Part shown: positions 49,075 to 62,981 of the stretch, in pieces
Position numbering within the stretch: position 1 is the first letter of the stretch
Layout of the letters: the number at the start of each line of letters is the position of its first letter
DNA from: Raja brachyura
Taxonomy: Eukaryota
Assembly: GCA_963514005.1 (NCBI GenBank)
Contig: OY740816.1
Location: 22,630,001 to 22,694,000 of the forward strand
DNA length: 64,000 nt
Direction of reading: 5' to 3'
Position numbers and translations under genes: made by a program
The notes under the pieces: model-generated
Seen by the model: only the letters and a program-made list of their open reading frames with translations
Database searches by the model: none
What the model was told of the DNA's origin: nothing

Positions 49075-52000
49075 TGTTTTTTAAAATAATTAATTAATTT
49101 ATTTTAAAATTTTCTTTATTAGAAGTAATGTACATTACAATGATATGCCAAAAATAACATAATACATTTCCTGTACCACTTCTTATTTTATACTTTAAGA
49201 AGAAGAAGTATAAGAAGAAGAATTAGAGAGAGTTAGATAGGAAGAGTAAGTGCGTGAAGAGCCGGAAAAGACCGTAGAAACGTTAAACACAAGAAAGACT
49301 AAAAAAAACAGGAAAAGAAAAAAGAAAATAGAAGACAGAAAATATGAGAAAGTAAAATAAGCTAAGATAAAAGGGATGTACCTCCTTTGTATGTTTACAC
49401 ACCCCCTCACCAGGTCCTGATAACATTTATTGCCAGAGTTCTGTTGCACCCTATGCTTGTAATAAGTCGATAAATGGAGACCAAATCTTTTGGAAATGGT
49501 CTGATTTGCTTGCTAGGAGGAAGCTCATATCTTCTAGGTTTAATGTTTCGGACATATTTGAAATCCACATTTTTATCGTTGGTGTGGGAGCGTTTTTCCA
49601 GAATTTAAGTATATGTTTTCTTGCCATTGTTAAGCCATAATTAACAAAAGCTCTTTTGGAATGAAGTCAACTCCAAGCTGGCTTCCATTGTTCCAAAAAT
49701 AATCAATTCTACATTCGGTTTCAATTTTATTTTGAATAATTTTATAACCATTTCAAAGATTTCATTCCAGAATTTTTGAATTTTTATGCAACAATCAAAG
49801 GAATGTGCTATGGTTGCTTCTTGGGATAGACATTTATCACACATTGGGGAGACATTTGGGAAAAAATTACTTATTTTAATTTTTGAATAATATAGTCTAT
49901 GTAAAGTTTTAAATTGGATTAAAATATGTCTTACATTGATCGCGCATTTGTGCACATATAGCAAGTGTTTACCCCAACTCTCTTTTTTCGATTTTTATGG
50001 CTAGTTCTTGTTCCCAATCTCTTCTAATTCTATCAGATGCCATATTTCTATATGTAGGATAATATTATACAAGTATGATATTAAATTAGTTGAGTCTGCC
50101 TAAATATTAATTGCTTCGTCTAATATGTCTGGAGACAAATTTTGATATCCTTGTGTATATGTTTTCAAATAATCACGGATTTGAAAATATTTAAAATATT
50201 GATTATTTCTCAGATTGTATTTAAGTTGTAGTTGTTGAAATGATAAGAAATGTCCATTTTCATACATGTTTCCGAACGTTTGAATTCGTATTCTTTCCCA
50301 ATATGTAAATGATTTATCAATACTAGAAGGTTTAAACAACAGATTATTGACTACAGCTCGGCATTTAACACAATCATCCCCTCCAAGCTGGTTACCAAAC
50401 TTGCAGAACTGGGTCTTTGCGCATCCCTCTGCAATTGGATCCTCGACTTCCAGATCCACAGACCACAGTCTGTTCATATTGGTGGAAATGTGTCAGACTC
50501 GATAACAATCAGCACGGGAGCACCTCAGGGCTGCATGCTCAGCCCCCTGCTGTACTCACTCTATACTCATGACTGCGTAGCCGGTCATAGCGCGAACTCC
50601 ATCATCAAGTTCGCCGATGACACCACTGTTGTGGGACATATCACTGATGGGGATGAGTCCGAGGATAGAAGAGAGATCGAGCGACTGTCCATATGGTGCC
50701 AGCACAACAACCTGGCCCTCAACACCAGCAAAACCAAGGAACTGATTGTGGACTTTGGAAAGAGTAGGATGGGGACCCACATTCCTGTTTATATCAACGG
50801 GTCGATGGTTGAAAGGGTCAAGAGCTTCAAATTCCTGGGTGTGCACATCTGTGAAGATCTTTCCTGGTCCAAGAACATAGATGCAATTATTAAGAAGCTC
50901 ATCAGCGCCTCTACTTCCTGAGAAGATTACGGAGAGTTGGTCTGTCAAGGAGGACTCTCTCTAACTTCTACAGGTGTACAGTAGAGAGCTTGCTGACTGG
51001 TTGCATCGTGGCTTGGTTCGGCAACTTGAGCGCCTTGGAGAGGAAAAGACTCCAAAAAGTAGTAAACACTGCCCAGTCCATCATCGGCTCTGACCTTCCT
51101 TCCATCGAGGGGATTTATCACAGTCGCTGCCTCAAAAAGGCTGGCAGCATCATCAAGGACCCACACCACCCTAGCCACACACTCATCTCCCTGCTACCTT
51201 CGGGTAGAAGGTACAGGAGCCTGAAGACTGCAACAACCCGGTTCAGGAATAGCTACTTCCCCACAGCCATCAGGCTATTAAACCTGGCTCGGAACTCTGA
51301 ACATTAATATCCCTCCATCTGTTATTTGCACTTTATTAATTTATTAAGTCATGGGTGTATTTATGTATAGAATTGTAGTCAATGCCTTCTATGTTCTGTT
51401 GTGCTATGCAAAGAAAGATTTTCATTGTCCTGTCAGGGACACATGACAATAAACTCTTTTGACTTTGACTTTGACTTTGATTAACTATAGGGGTGAGAAG
51501 TGATAAATTTTGTAATTTAAGGGTTAATTTTATTTGTTTCCAAATTCTAATAGTACTATGAATAATTGGATTTTTACTATATATTGTATTATTCAATTTT
51601 GTTGGTGAGAGAAGGATCGCTCTTATATTAAAAGGGGCACAATCCTCTCTCTCCATTACTATCCAATCCACCCGCTGGGCAGAGTTGTCCAACAGGTGAA
51701 TCACATTTTTAACGTTTACTGCCCAATAATAATACAAAAAATTAGGGAGTGTTAATCCACCAAATTCTTTGGGTTTGCACAAATGTCTTCTTTGAATTCT
51801 ATGTGATTTATAGTCCTATATGAAATTTATAATATCAGAATCTAGTTTTTTCTTAAACTTTTTAGGTAAGTATATTGGTATTGATTGGAATAGACATAAA
51901 ATTTGTGGTAAAAAGATCATTTTTGTAGCATTTGTTCATCCTATTAAAAACATCGGAAGAGTTTTCCAAAAATTAATCAGGACGTTTGCATTAAATAAAG

Positions 52001-52600
52001 ATTTATATTTTCTGGTAATTTCGATTCCCAATTTTTTCCTTTTTGTCTGTAGCAATTTTAAAAGGGAGTTTTAGCAGATGTGTTGCGGCTTGAGGTTTTA
52101 TCGTCATAATTTCACTTTTATTCCAGTTTATTCTATATCCTGAAAAGGATCCAAATACGTCTATTAGATTTAATATATTTGGTATGCTAATTTCTGATTT
52201 TCTAATGTACAGTAGTACATCATCTGCGTATAATGATATTTTGTTATTTGAGCATTTTGTATTTTAACCATGGATGTTCGGATGTGTTCTAATGCTTTCA
52301 GCTAGCGTTTCTATTACAAGAGCAAATAGCAGGGGTGATATTGAGCATCCTTGTCTATTGCCCATGGTTAATTGCAATTTCTGAGACAACATGTTATTAG
52401 TTAATATTCCAGCAGTGGGCCTGTCATATAATACTTTTACCCATGAAATAAAATTCTCTCCCATTTGAAATTTTTGCAATACTTTAACCATGTAGTCCCA
52501 TTCCACTTGATCGAAAGCTTTTTCTGCGTCCAATGAGATAATTGATAAGTCTTGTTCTTCAGTTTTATATGAATGCATTATATTAAACAGACATCTCAGA
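49075..52600 (-). mobile_element. 5'-truncated L1-clade LINE ORF2, interrupted by Rex1
   Basis: ISLDAEKAFDQVEW, RQGCSISPLLFAL, YADD (near 52220), GGLTLPN..YYWA, CDKC...HSFDCC zinc knuckle. Confidence 0.9.
50347..51478 (+). mobile_element. Rex1/Babar-type LINE fragment nested in L1
   Basis: [31 protein letters not shown]; (gacttt)n tail; same family as 15296-16498. Confidence 0.9.
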
Positions 52601-54012
52601 ACGGCGTAATGTTTTAAGTGAGCATTTTGCAGCGACCTCACCTTATATTCTGGTTAAATATTCTTTCCACAGAAATCTCCTATTTCACTTTGAAATTATA
52701 TTCATTTATAACGGTTTGTAACACCTTAATGTTCGTGCGTTTAGTACCGGGTATGCTTGAAACATTTTATTGTAATGTACAGTATCTTTAAAAAAAAACT
52801 ACATCAGCCAGGTGTGAAAATTACACTGAATCGAACGATGATTGAAAATGCATGGGAATCGACTAATCGCTACCCTGCTGCAAATTTTTTAAGTCGAAAG
52901 TTGTATTTTATTTCAAAGTGGGAATTTGAAGATAGGGACAGAGATGCTACACAAAGATTTTAAACTCAGGAGAGTTCTTGGGTGAACTCGCACAGTGGGA
53001 CAGGACTTGAGGCAGCATCTATGGAGCGAAGGAAATAGCCAACGTTTTGGGCCGGATCTGAAGAAGGGTTTCGACCCGAAAAGTTGCATATTCCTTTGCT
53101 CCATAGATGCTGCCTCACCCGCTGAGTTTCTCCAGCATTTTTGACTACCGCAAAATGTCAATGATTCCGGGAATGCCAAGAGAGCTAGAGATAGACGAGA
53201 TGGGGAGCGGGAGAGAGAGAGTGTGTGCAAGAGAGAGGGAAGGAGACAGGGAAAGACAGAGAGACACAATGTGGGTTGATAGGTAAATTGAATGACTAAC
53301 CTGCTGCACACCAAGAAGCTCACCAAGAGGAAACCCACAATCATGATGGCGAGTTTTAAGAAACTCTCAATGTGTCATCAATGCATCGATCTACATTCCT
53401 CAGCAAATGTAATTGTGTATTAATGAAGCCGCGTGAATTGTATTCAAAGGAACGCGGCGTCATTAATACTTGTTCAAAATACAATTACATTTACTGAGGA
53501 ATGTGGATCGATGCATTGATGACACATTGTCTAACTACTTGTTAACTACTGGCTGTTAACAAGTGCTACAGTAGTAGTTAACAAATCATTTGTGTCTGAT
53601 GGCCGTGCAGTGGTTAATATCCATGTTCGTTTTGTAAAAAAATCCGTATGGCAAATGTTTTTTTAAAAATCTTTATTTAACAAATTGAATTTGTATTTCC
53701 ATATGAAATACGGAAAATTAATGCGGGGGCCCCCCTTAGGCGCGGGGCCCAATTGGGGGAAATCGGTTCAATCGGCTTAAGGCCGGCCCTGCCTTAATGT
53801 TTTATTCAGATTGCGAGAAGATTTTGATGTAAAGTAATCTGTATAATTAGTAATGTATTCATTGACAGGTCCTGGTACTGTTCAATATGCTAACATATAG
53901 ACTGATCATCCCTCATAGTGAGTTCTAAACCTTCCCTATTTTTGTGGGTGGCATCACCTAGTTCATTGTGAGCATTTGGCTGCAACAATGGAGCACAGGC
54001 AGGAAGTGACTG

Positions 54013-54243
54013 TGAAACTGGATGGCAATACGTTCGGAGGGGGAGAGATTGGAGTGAGACAGGGGAGTGGAGAAGTCGAGGCGTTTGATGTCCCGACGGC
54101 AGTTCTGAATAGATGGCTGAAGAAGGGTCTCGACCCGAAACGTCGCCAGTCTGAAGAAGGGTCTCGACCCGAAACGTCGCCTATCTCCTTCGCTCCTTAG
54201 ATGCTGCTGCACCCGCTGAGTTTCTCCAGCCTTTTGTGTAACC
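54013..54243 (+). mobile_element. 5'-inverted Penelope insertion with two tandem hammerhead motifs
   Basis: 13-bp TSD CAGGAAGTGACTG (54000-54012, 54244-54256). Inverted ORF piece NCRRDIKRLDFSTPLSHSNLSPSERIA. Cores at 54117-54144 and 54151-54178. Confidence 0.88.
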
Positions 54244-57200
54244 CAGGAAGTGACTGCATCTCTTAAGCATTTGTAGCAGTAAGAAAACAGCACTGCTAGT
54301 GTGGGAACACTTCAACTGTGTTTTCTGGGCTGGTCAGCAACTGAAATTTTGTGATAAGAGTGAAAAATAACCATCGACCGAAAAATCTTCTTTTGTAATG
54401 AATTGAATATTGAATTTCCTTATACTTTGCTGCTGATGTGATATTTTAGACTCAGTCGCGAATTCAACTTGTGGTCCGTCTATATTGTACGTTCTCTTGG
54501 CTGAGGATAGTAAGGGGCAGGGGGAAAACAATGAAACTTGCAAGATTAATTGGTAAAATTAAAATTACAATTTTTGAAAGATTAAGAAAGATAATGCAAA
54601 ATGAATTCAGAATGAGTGTAGAATGCTAATATAGCAACTTGAATTTGCACTGAACATGTAGAATGTGTACATATTGGAGTATTATGCCAACAAAACTATT
54701 GGTTGTGAGTATATTTACCCTGAATTTCTTCTTGTTCTTCATTTTAATTTCTATTGTTTAGAATAAAACTTTTAACCACTGTGAATAACTTGTTGGATTG
54801 CTTTGAGGTTCAGGGTTAAAGGAGAAACCAAGTAAAAACAAATCTAACTTCCCCAATTTAGATTCATGGACCAACATATAACATTTTAATTAAATTATAT
54901 TCTTAGGTTGCAAAGGCTGGCATGCCAGTATACTTTGAAAGGGAATTATTAATTCACTGTGTACTTACAGACTATGCACTCCTTCATTATTTTTTTCAAA
55001 TTACAGTAAAGTTCATACCTTGTGCGGACTTGCCTAAATCACACCTGCTTTATACTGAAGACAGAATGAATGCTATTGAATTCTATATGAATGCGGTGCA
55101 GGCTTGAAGGGCCAAATGGCCTCCTCCTGCACCTTTTTTCTATGTTAATTGTTTGGTGGTAATAATAGTATGTCTTGCAATCCCAAACAGATTGCTTTCA
55201 CTGCTCAAGCTATCTGCTTAATAAAATGGTGACTGCAATGTTTTGGTTCATATTGCAAATTTATCAGTTAGTGCTGTGAAATAATGAAAATAACTTGCAT
55301 GAATATATCATCTTCGAAAACCATAGGATTTCTCAAAGTGCTTCATGGTGTTTGGGCTATTGAATTATACACGAGCAGTGTATTGCAAGATACAACAAAC
55401 AGCAATGAACCAAATATCTGAGATCAATTCTTCTCATGATGTATTTTGAAAGGTTGAGCTTGGACTGGCATTTTTAATGTAGCCCAATGGCATGGTATAT
55501 TTATGCCCATCGAGAGGATAGTTGCAGTCTCATTTTAATGTCAAAATTGAACTAACATTTCTCAATATTGCTTTAAAATGTCAGCCTACATTGGATGGTC
55601 AAGTCTCTGCAACATGGCTGAAATCATGAATCTCTTAGCTAATGGGATGGGAATGCTATTCTAAGCTAAGACAGAAATTTATTTTTAATAATTCATCAGC
55701 AATTGATTGCACAGCCCGTTATTACCTGTTACGTTTGCACTTTCATAGCCATGCTTGATCAACAAAGGTCCCTAAAACCAGAAGGGTCTTGACCCGAAAC
55801 GTCACCTATTCCTTCGCTCCATAGATGCTGCCTCACCCGCTGAGTTTCTCCAGCATTTTAGTCTACCTTCTGAAGAACAAGTTGGCTAAAGGTGGAAACT
55901 TGCCAAGCTATCATGGTAAGCAGCTGGAGCATGCATAAAAGTTTGCAGAATCTTTAATACTTATTAGGAGTTCAAGTTAGCCAGTCCGGAATAATCCTCA
56001 TAGTGTTAAATTTTCTGTTGATTTATTTCACAATACAAATGTCACACAACAATTCGACAATATAGATCATGGGGTCCTGGGAAAGAGCCTGATGTTGTTA
56101 TTGCAGCTGTGCAGAGTGGTGCAGGCTGCAAGAAGAGGAATGCATGATGATTGATTGAAAGGATGTATTTCTTAAATTAAAATAATTAGAGGTAATATCC
56201 TGCTAACAGTTCAGTTTCTACCATTAAGCAATATATCATTGTCAATGTAAGTCATTTATTAGGATACATTCATCATGGTGCTTACATAGTGAGAAGTTGA
56301 TAAGTATGTTCAAAACAATGCACACCATCAATTACCCAATACATGGGCGGCATGGTGGCTGCTGCCTTACTACGCTAGAGATCCGTGTTCGATCCTGACT
56401 ATGGATGCTTGGCTGGTTTAAACTGAAGATAGACACAAGAAGCTGGAGCAACTCAGCTGGTGTCGGACAGCATCTCTGGAGAAAAGGAATAGGTGACATT
56501 TCGAGTTGAGTTCAGATTCTGAAGAAGGGTCTCGAACCGAAACATCACCTATTCCTTTTCTCCGCTGAGTTACTCCAGCTTTTTGTGTCTCTCTTCATAC
56601 TTACACTAGGATTCTATAAAGCACTGGTTAGGCCATAGGTGGAATATGGTGTTCAGTTCTGGGGTTACGGTGCCTTAGGAAGAAGGTCAGGCCTTGTTGA
56701 AGCTATACAATATATTTATTAATAATTTCAGGGGTGAGATACTTTTTTTAATTAATTATACGGAGAGAAGGAAAAACAGGTTATATTCCTTGCATCAGAA
56801 AAAAATAAGGACATATGATAAAGGATGGCTAATCCAGGATAATTGTGGATTGATTTGAAGGGATAAGCAAAAATAAATAATTCCAGTTATACATTAGTAA
56901 TTCAAAGATACCTAACTAAGAAAAAATTCAAATCAACCAGAACAGATGAGGAAGTATATTTTTATTGAACAATCTGTTGTGATCAGGAATGGAATGTGCA
57001 AGCTGATTGTATAGTGATTGTGTAGGAAGGATCTGCAGATGCTGGTTTACATTGAAGCTGGACATGAAGTGCTGGAGTGACTCAGCGGATCAGACAGCAT
57101 CTCTGGAGAAAAGGAGTAGGTGGGCTGGAAGAAGGGTCTCGACCCGAAACGTCACCTATTCCATTTCTCCAGAGATGTTGCTTGACCCGCTGAGTTACTC

Positions 57201-58149
57201 CAGCACTTTGTGCTTATCGCAGTCGAAGGAGATATCGTTGTAGGGAGCTGTGGGGGGAAAACATTATTAATTGACAAGCAAAGAATGCCCGCACAGGCTC
57301 AATCAGCTGAATAGATTCCTATACTGTGTCATTCTATGTTTCAAAATCCTTTGTTTCATATAGTTTATGGGCTTCTAAACTGGTGTAATATATCTAACAT
57401 ATATCTAAATGACAGATCTTACCACATGTGTAACTAACATTAAATAAGAAAGAACTATAACCTTGCATGTCAGGATCATGTGTTAAAAACAAAGTACTAC
57501 ACAGGAATTTGATGCAAGAGTGCATACACTTCTAGGTTTAGAATGCAATGCCATAAGTTAATTAGGTCGTAAGTAATAGGAGTAGAAGTAGGCCATAAGA
57601 CCCATCAAGTCTACTCCATCATTCAATCATGGCTGATCTATCTCTCCCTCCTAACCCCATTCTACTGCCTTCTCCCCATAGCCACTGACACCTGACACAA
57701 TGAGCATAGCTATAGAACTGGCATATACATATAGTATTAAAGGGGAACTATAATTTTATAATTGATTCGTTAAAGTGGAATTAATTTCTAGTTTTTGTCG
57801 TCAGAATTAATCTAGCTTAATTTCAATGAAACATATGTCTTCCCACCAGCTTTAAGTATGGACTCCAGAGTAACGTGCAAAGGCCCTACTTATTTGCATA
57901 ACTAACTCTAGTCCCCATGTCCCTTAAAGGAGATTTTGTTTTACAGAGCTGTGGGAAACTCAGGCACAAGCAGGAGAAGTAGCCTCCTATACCACGTCAT
58001 TCTATGCTTCATACTCTGTGGCATTTCCTATCTGGTGAATGGACGAGTTAATTCTTGTTGTGTTGTCTGAAACTGTGTAGAATAAATCTAGTAATTGACA
58101 GTTTGTTTGTTAGTTCAGTTCCAGAGTTTCCGTTTGATGTAATCGTTAT

Positions 58150-58810
58150 CATAACCGTCGCAGTCATACAGCCTGGGGGAAACAGGCTCTTTGGCCCATT
58201 ATGTCCATACTGTCCAAGTGAACTTGACCCATATACCTCAAACCTTTCCTATCCATGTATCTGCTCAAGTGTATTTTAAATGTCATAATTTTACCCACTT
58301 CCTTTGACTGGTAACTCCATATACGTATCATCTTGTGTGTGAAAAAAGTTGCCCCTCAGGTACCTTTTCAATCTTTCCCCTGTTCTCTTAAACCTATGCC
58401 CTCTCATTTTAGACTTCCCTACCCTCGGTATAGTTACTGCACTTAAAATTGATTGTGTTTATTCACCTTATCTATGCCTCTCATTTTTTTATATCACTCT
58501 ACACGTGCATTCCTCGACTTCCTGCACTTTAGTGAGAAAAAACTCAACCTACACAGCCTCTCCTTACAACTTAAACCTTCCAGACTCAGTAACATCCTCA
58601 GAAATCTCTTTAGGCCCCTTTCCAGTTTAATGCCATCCTTCCTATAGCAGGGAGAACAGAATTGTACATCGTTGTCCAAATGTGGCTTTATCAACATCTT
58701 GCACAACTGTAACATGACCTCTCGACTCCTGTACCCAATGTCATGACCAACGCAGGCTAGCATGTCAAATGCCTTCTTATCACCCTGTCTACTTATGTTG
58801 CTACTTTACT
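58150..58810 (-). mobile_element. Old CR1 3' fragment
   Basis: ORF 58494-58763 (YRSREVMLQL..LIKPHL...VQF.SPCYRKD). Confidence 0.8.
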
Positions 58811-60194
58811 ATAATTTCCAAACTTAATATTTATCAATTTTACAAACCAAGCCATCAGCATTCACATCTAAATTATTAATATAATAAAGAACAACAATCA
58901 ACTTGAAAATGTATTTTTTATCAACGTGGATATGCTGGGCCGAGTGTCATTAATGTTCTATAGTTTCTTGATCCTCTGCTTAGGAAAGGAAAAATAGTTA
59001 GAGTTAAAGTCTATATTCTCGGTAAGATACATACACCACAATTATAAAATTCCAAGTGGGAAGACTTGCAAATTCAGTAGTGTTTTTTCAAGTACATGCT
59101 CAGTATTGATCAGTGTTTTTACTGTTAGTCTGTGCACTGTTAATTCAAACAAGCAGAATTGTAATATATCTTAAAAAAAGATTTGATTGTTGTTTTGGCT
59201 CTGCCAGGACTCAACCTGTGTCCTGTTCCCATTCCCAAAATACCATTTTACAGTTGTGTTTATCGTTTCGCTCTTGACCTTCTGACCCTAAAGTTGGGTG
59301 GTGAAGTATTAGTGAGGCCTCAGTCATAACTGGGCCTCAGGCAGCTTCCCATTAGGCCCCACCCTCCTGAATATTTAGTTAACTTTGACAGAAGGCATGT
59401 CTCGGCTTGAATCCTGCCATGATCTGTGAGACTTTTGTAAGAGTGAAAAGTCTACAATATACATGCATTTTCCAAAATCATTAAAATTGTCTATAGAAAC
59501 TTAGAAATTTAAACTGAGCTAAAATTGCTAAAAAGCTAAATTGCATTTAAACACGAATAAATATCTAAACATATAAAATGAAGTAAAAATATAAATTAAC
59601 ACATTTTAGTTTTCACCATCTTAATCTTCAGGATCAGATCAATTAGGAACCAGGTCCTACATAACATCAGATCAGTTTATGTTCAGAGGGAGAAATTCCC
59701 TGGCGTAATGCAAAACAGTCTGATTGGGCTCCGCCACTGGACTCTATGTTTATTCAGGCAATTGAGCCAAGTGACAGATATGTTGATATCTTAGTTTGTT
59801 TTGGAATTAAGGTGGAGTTACATTTTTCAGGAAGTACTTATTTGAATAGCTGAAAGTTAGCATTTCCTTTACATCTGTGTTAGCAACCACTCGAATGTGC
59901 CTGTTAATTTTAATGCTCCTGCCTTGACTCCTGGTCTGTTTCTTGCCTCCATGGTCAAAGTCTAACTATGTCACATATATGGAGGTACAGTGAAAATCTT
60001 TTGTTGCATGCTATCCAGTCAGCAGAAAGACAATACATGATTACAATCGAGATATTCTTTGATTCTTTCTCAACACTTTTACTCTTGTACATTCTCTGCA
60101 AATGCCATTCTCAATTGATCTTTTCAAAGGGCTTGGAACCTCAGTCATGAGAAGCCTGCAAAGGGAGAATAAGCTCCAGCAGGGTTACTTTTAG

Positions 60195-60675
60195 CTTAGT
60201 TTAGTTATGCAGTGCAGAAACTAGCCCTTCAGTCCACCGAGTCCGCACCGACCAGCGATCCCAGCACACTAAAGGATCTGTCCCACTTGCCGATTTTTTT
60301 CGGCAACTCCCGGCGTCATATCAGTGTCGCCAAAAGATTTTTAACATCTCAAAATCCAGTGGCAACAAAAAAAATTTTGCGATTCTTGAAAAAACACCGC
60401 ACGTCGTCACGCCGCAAATGTTTCGGTGACCTGATATATCAGTCAATGATGCCGGCAGTCTCCTACACACACTAGGGACAATTTACAATTATACCAAGCC
60501 AATTAACCTACAAACCTGCATGTCTTTGGAGTGTGGGAGGAAACCGGAAACCGGAGCACCCGTAGGTCACGGGCAGAATGTACAAACTCCGTACAGACAG
60601 CACCCGCAGTCAGGATCGAACCTGGGTCTCTGTCGCTGTGAGGCAGTAACTCTACCGCTGCGCCAGGGTGCCGCC
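60195..60675 (-). mobile_element. HE1-like V-SINE interrupted by a MITE-like fragment (about 60270-60462)
   Basis: tRNA-like head ggcgcagcggtagag...ggttcgatcc, V-domain and (ctaaa)-type tail on the minus strand. Confidence 0.8.
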
Positions 60676-62267
60676 CAGGTTTTGGCAGATCATGTTGACA
60701 ACAAACAATTTGACGCAATTGTTCATTCTTTCAAAGTGAAAAGAAAACATATAAGAAATAGCAGCAGGAATAATGCATAAAACCTTTAAGCCTGGGCAAA
60801 TAATTAAGATGATGACATTGTCCTCAACATCACTACCTTGCTGTTTGACCCCCATTTCTCTTGATTCTTTTTGTCTATTGACCTCAGTGTGGGTATACTC
60901 AAAGAATGAACTGTTGGCGTGGAATATTCTATAAACCTGCAATTCTCTAAATGAAGAAATTTCTCTTCACTTCAGTCTAAAGACCCACAAACATATACTG
61001 TGACTCACTCCTAAGTCAAAACTATTCATTTAGAGAAGAAAGCCTCTTAATATCAATTCCTCTTAAATGCTATCTCTTATTTTTCTAAACACAAACAAAT
61101 ATTGGCATGTAATGCGTTCTTCCAAATTTGCACAATCATCTCATCCTAGAAATTAATCTGGTAAAAAATGATTGTAAGCGTGCCCAAAATGGCACACCAA
61201 ATTCCATCTGTGGTTTACCATATTTCTGCAAAAATGCAGTATTTGCTTACGGCTGTATCAAACCCAATTGAATCAATCACCAACACGCAATTTGCCTTCT
61301 TTGTTCAATATTGCACTGAGAATCATGAAACAATAGACTACTTGAAGCACATTGGCATATTTGGCTCATAAACCCATAATTATGTTTGGAAGATTAATTC
61401 TGCTAGCCCCATTCTCTGTAATTTGACGTTTTTTTCCTTGACGTTCTCAATCAGTACCTGTTGAAAGGCACGATTTAATCTTCTTCCATTAAGAACTAAG
61501 TGTTACATAAAGATTTTCTCATGCCACCTTTTGGTAAAGGGATATTTATAAGTGCAGTGTCCAGAAATAATGTGACACCAGTGTTACTGCAACATCAATT
61601 TTTTTAATGGAAGGTTCAGCACAACCTAATTGTTTTTACATTCTATTCCTCAATGCCCATGACCCAGTATCGTTTTTAAATGTTTTCTAATACATTCAAA
61701 GATTTGTACAGATATGCCCCCAAGCCTCTTTGTTCCTGCATTTACTGCAGCATTGCACTCTTTAATAATATATTGCCTCCCATTTACCCATGGAAAAGTA
61801 TCACTTCATTCTGTGTTCAATGTCACCCACCCATTCAACTACCTATCCTTTCCTGAAATCTATCGCAATGCTCCTTATTGTTTATGAAACTTCAAATTTT
61901 GAAATTTTGCTCTGTGTACTAATTCACTAATTCTCATTTCACTAATATGTATTAAGAATGACAAGGGGGTTTCAGAACTTGATTTCATGGAACACCACTG
62001 CATAACTTTCTGCATTTAGCTAAACTATCCATCATGGGTGCCTTTCTTTCACACCATAGACGCCATTTTTGCTGAGACGTATGTTTGGCACATATCAAAG
62101 AGATCTGAAGGAGGTTCTATCTCAAAAAGGCAGAAAATATTATCAACCTGGCCATGCTCTCATTTCACCAATACCACTGGAGCCTGAAAACCGCAACCAC
62201 CAGGGTCCATGAACAGATTCTTCCCAACAACCATCAAGATCTGTAACACTACACAATGCTAATGAGT

Positions 62268-62560
62268 GGCAAGGTGGCGCAACGGTAGAGCTACTGCCTT
62301 ACAGCGCAAGAGATCCTGGTTCGATTCAGACTCTGGATGATTGCATGGAGTTTGTAAGTTCTCCCTGTGACCTGCGTGGGTTTTCTTCAAGATGTTCAGT
62401 TTCCTTCCACACTCCAAAGGTTTGTAGGTTAATTGGCTTGGTATAAATGTAAATTGTCCAGAGTGTGTGTAGGATAGTGTTAATGTGCGGGGATCGTTGT
62501 CGGCGCGGACTTGGTGGGCGCAAGGGCCTGTTTCCATGGTGTATCTCTAAACTAAACTTA
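62268..62560 (+). mobile_element. HE1-like V-SINE
   Basis: ggtggcgcaacggtagag (A box), ggttcgatt (B box), V-domain, CR1-like tail. Confidence 0.85.
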
Positions 62561-62981
62561 GTTAACCTCAGCAACTATGGTCTTCTTTGGACTGTGCCCT
62601 TGGTTGCACAACGGACTTTGGTTTTTGCACTATTATGTTACCTAGTATGGTTATTATTGTTTTATTGATTATTATTATATATAATTACATAGATAAATAT
62701 AATAATCAAAGATGCAATACATTAATAACCATAATACTTGTAACATAATAACAAATGTTATTGCATTTAAGGGCTTGTTAAACTGCAGCAAGTAAGAATC
62801 TCATTTTTAAGTTGTTGGTACATTTGACAATTAAACACTCTTGACTAACTAAAGATTGTAATTCCTAGACATTACAGTGCCTATTTGCAAACATTAAAAT
62901 GCTAATCCCACATTTGGAACACTGAAGATAGTCACAAACTCTAGCTATTCCAAGAGTCTCTTTGCCTACAAGTCAAATTCA

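Larger units (their letters stand above)
44672..53791. mobile_element. 9.1-kb hAT-type element filled with nested insertions
   Basis: 14-bp TIRs CAGGGCCGGCCTTA / TAAGGCCGGCCCTG, subterminal GGGGCCC motifs, perfect 8-bp TSD CCTTAATG (44664-44671, 53792-53799). Confidence 0.9.

Noticed and set aside
54300-62200. Exons of neighbouring genes expected from human synteny (e.g. ATG4D, KEAP1)
   Set aside because: I could not recognise any matching peptide; small exons could have been missed without alignment tools.
62268-62340. tRNA genes (also near 16670, 56345 and 60600)
   Set aside because: A/B boxes continue into a V-domain and CR1-like tail without a complete cloverleaf; these are SINE heads.
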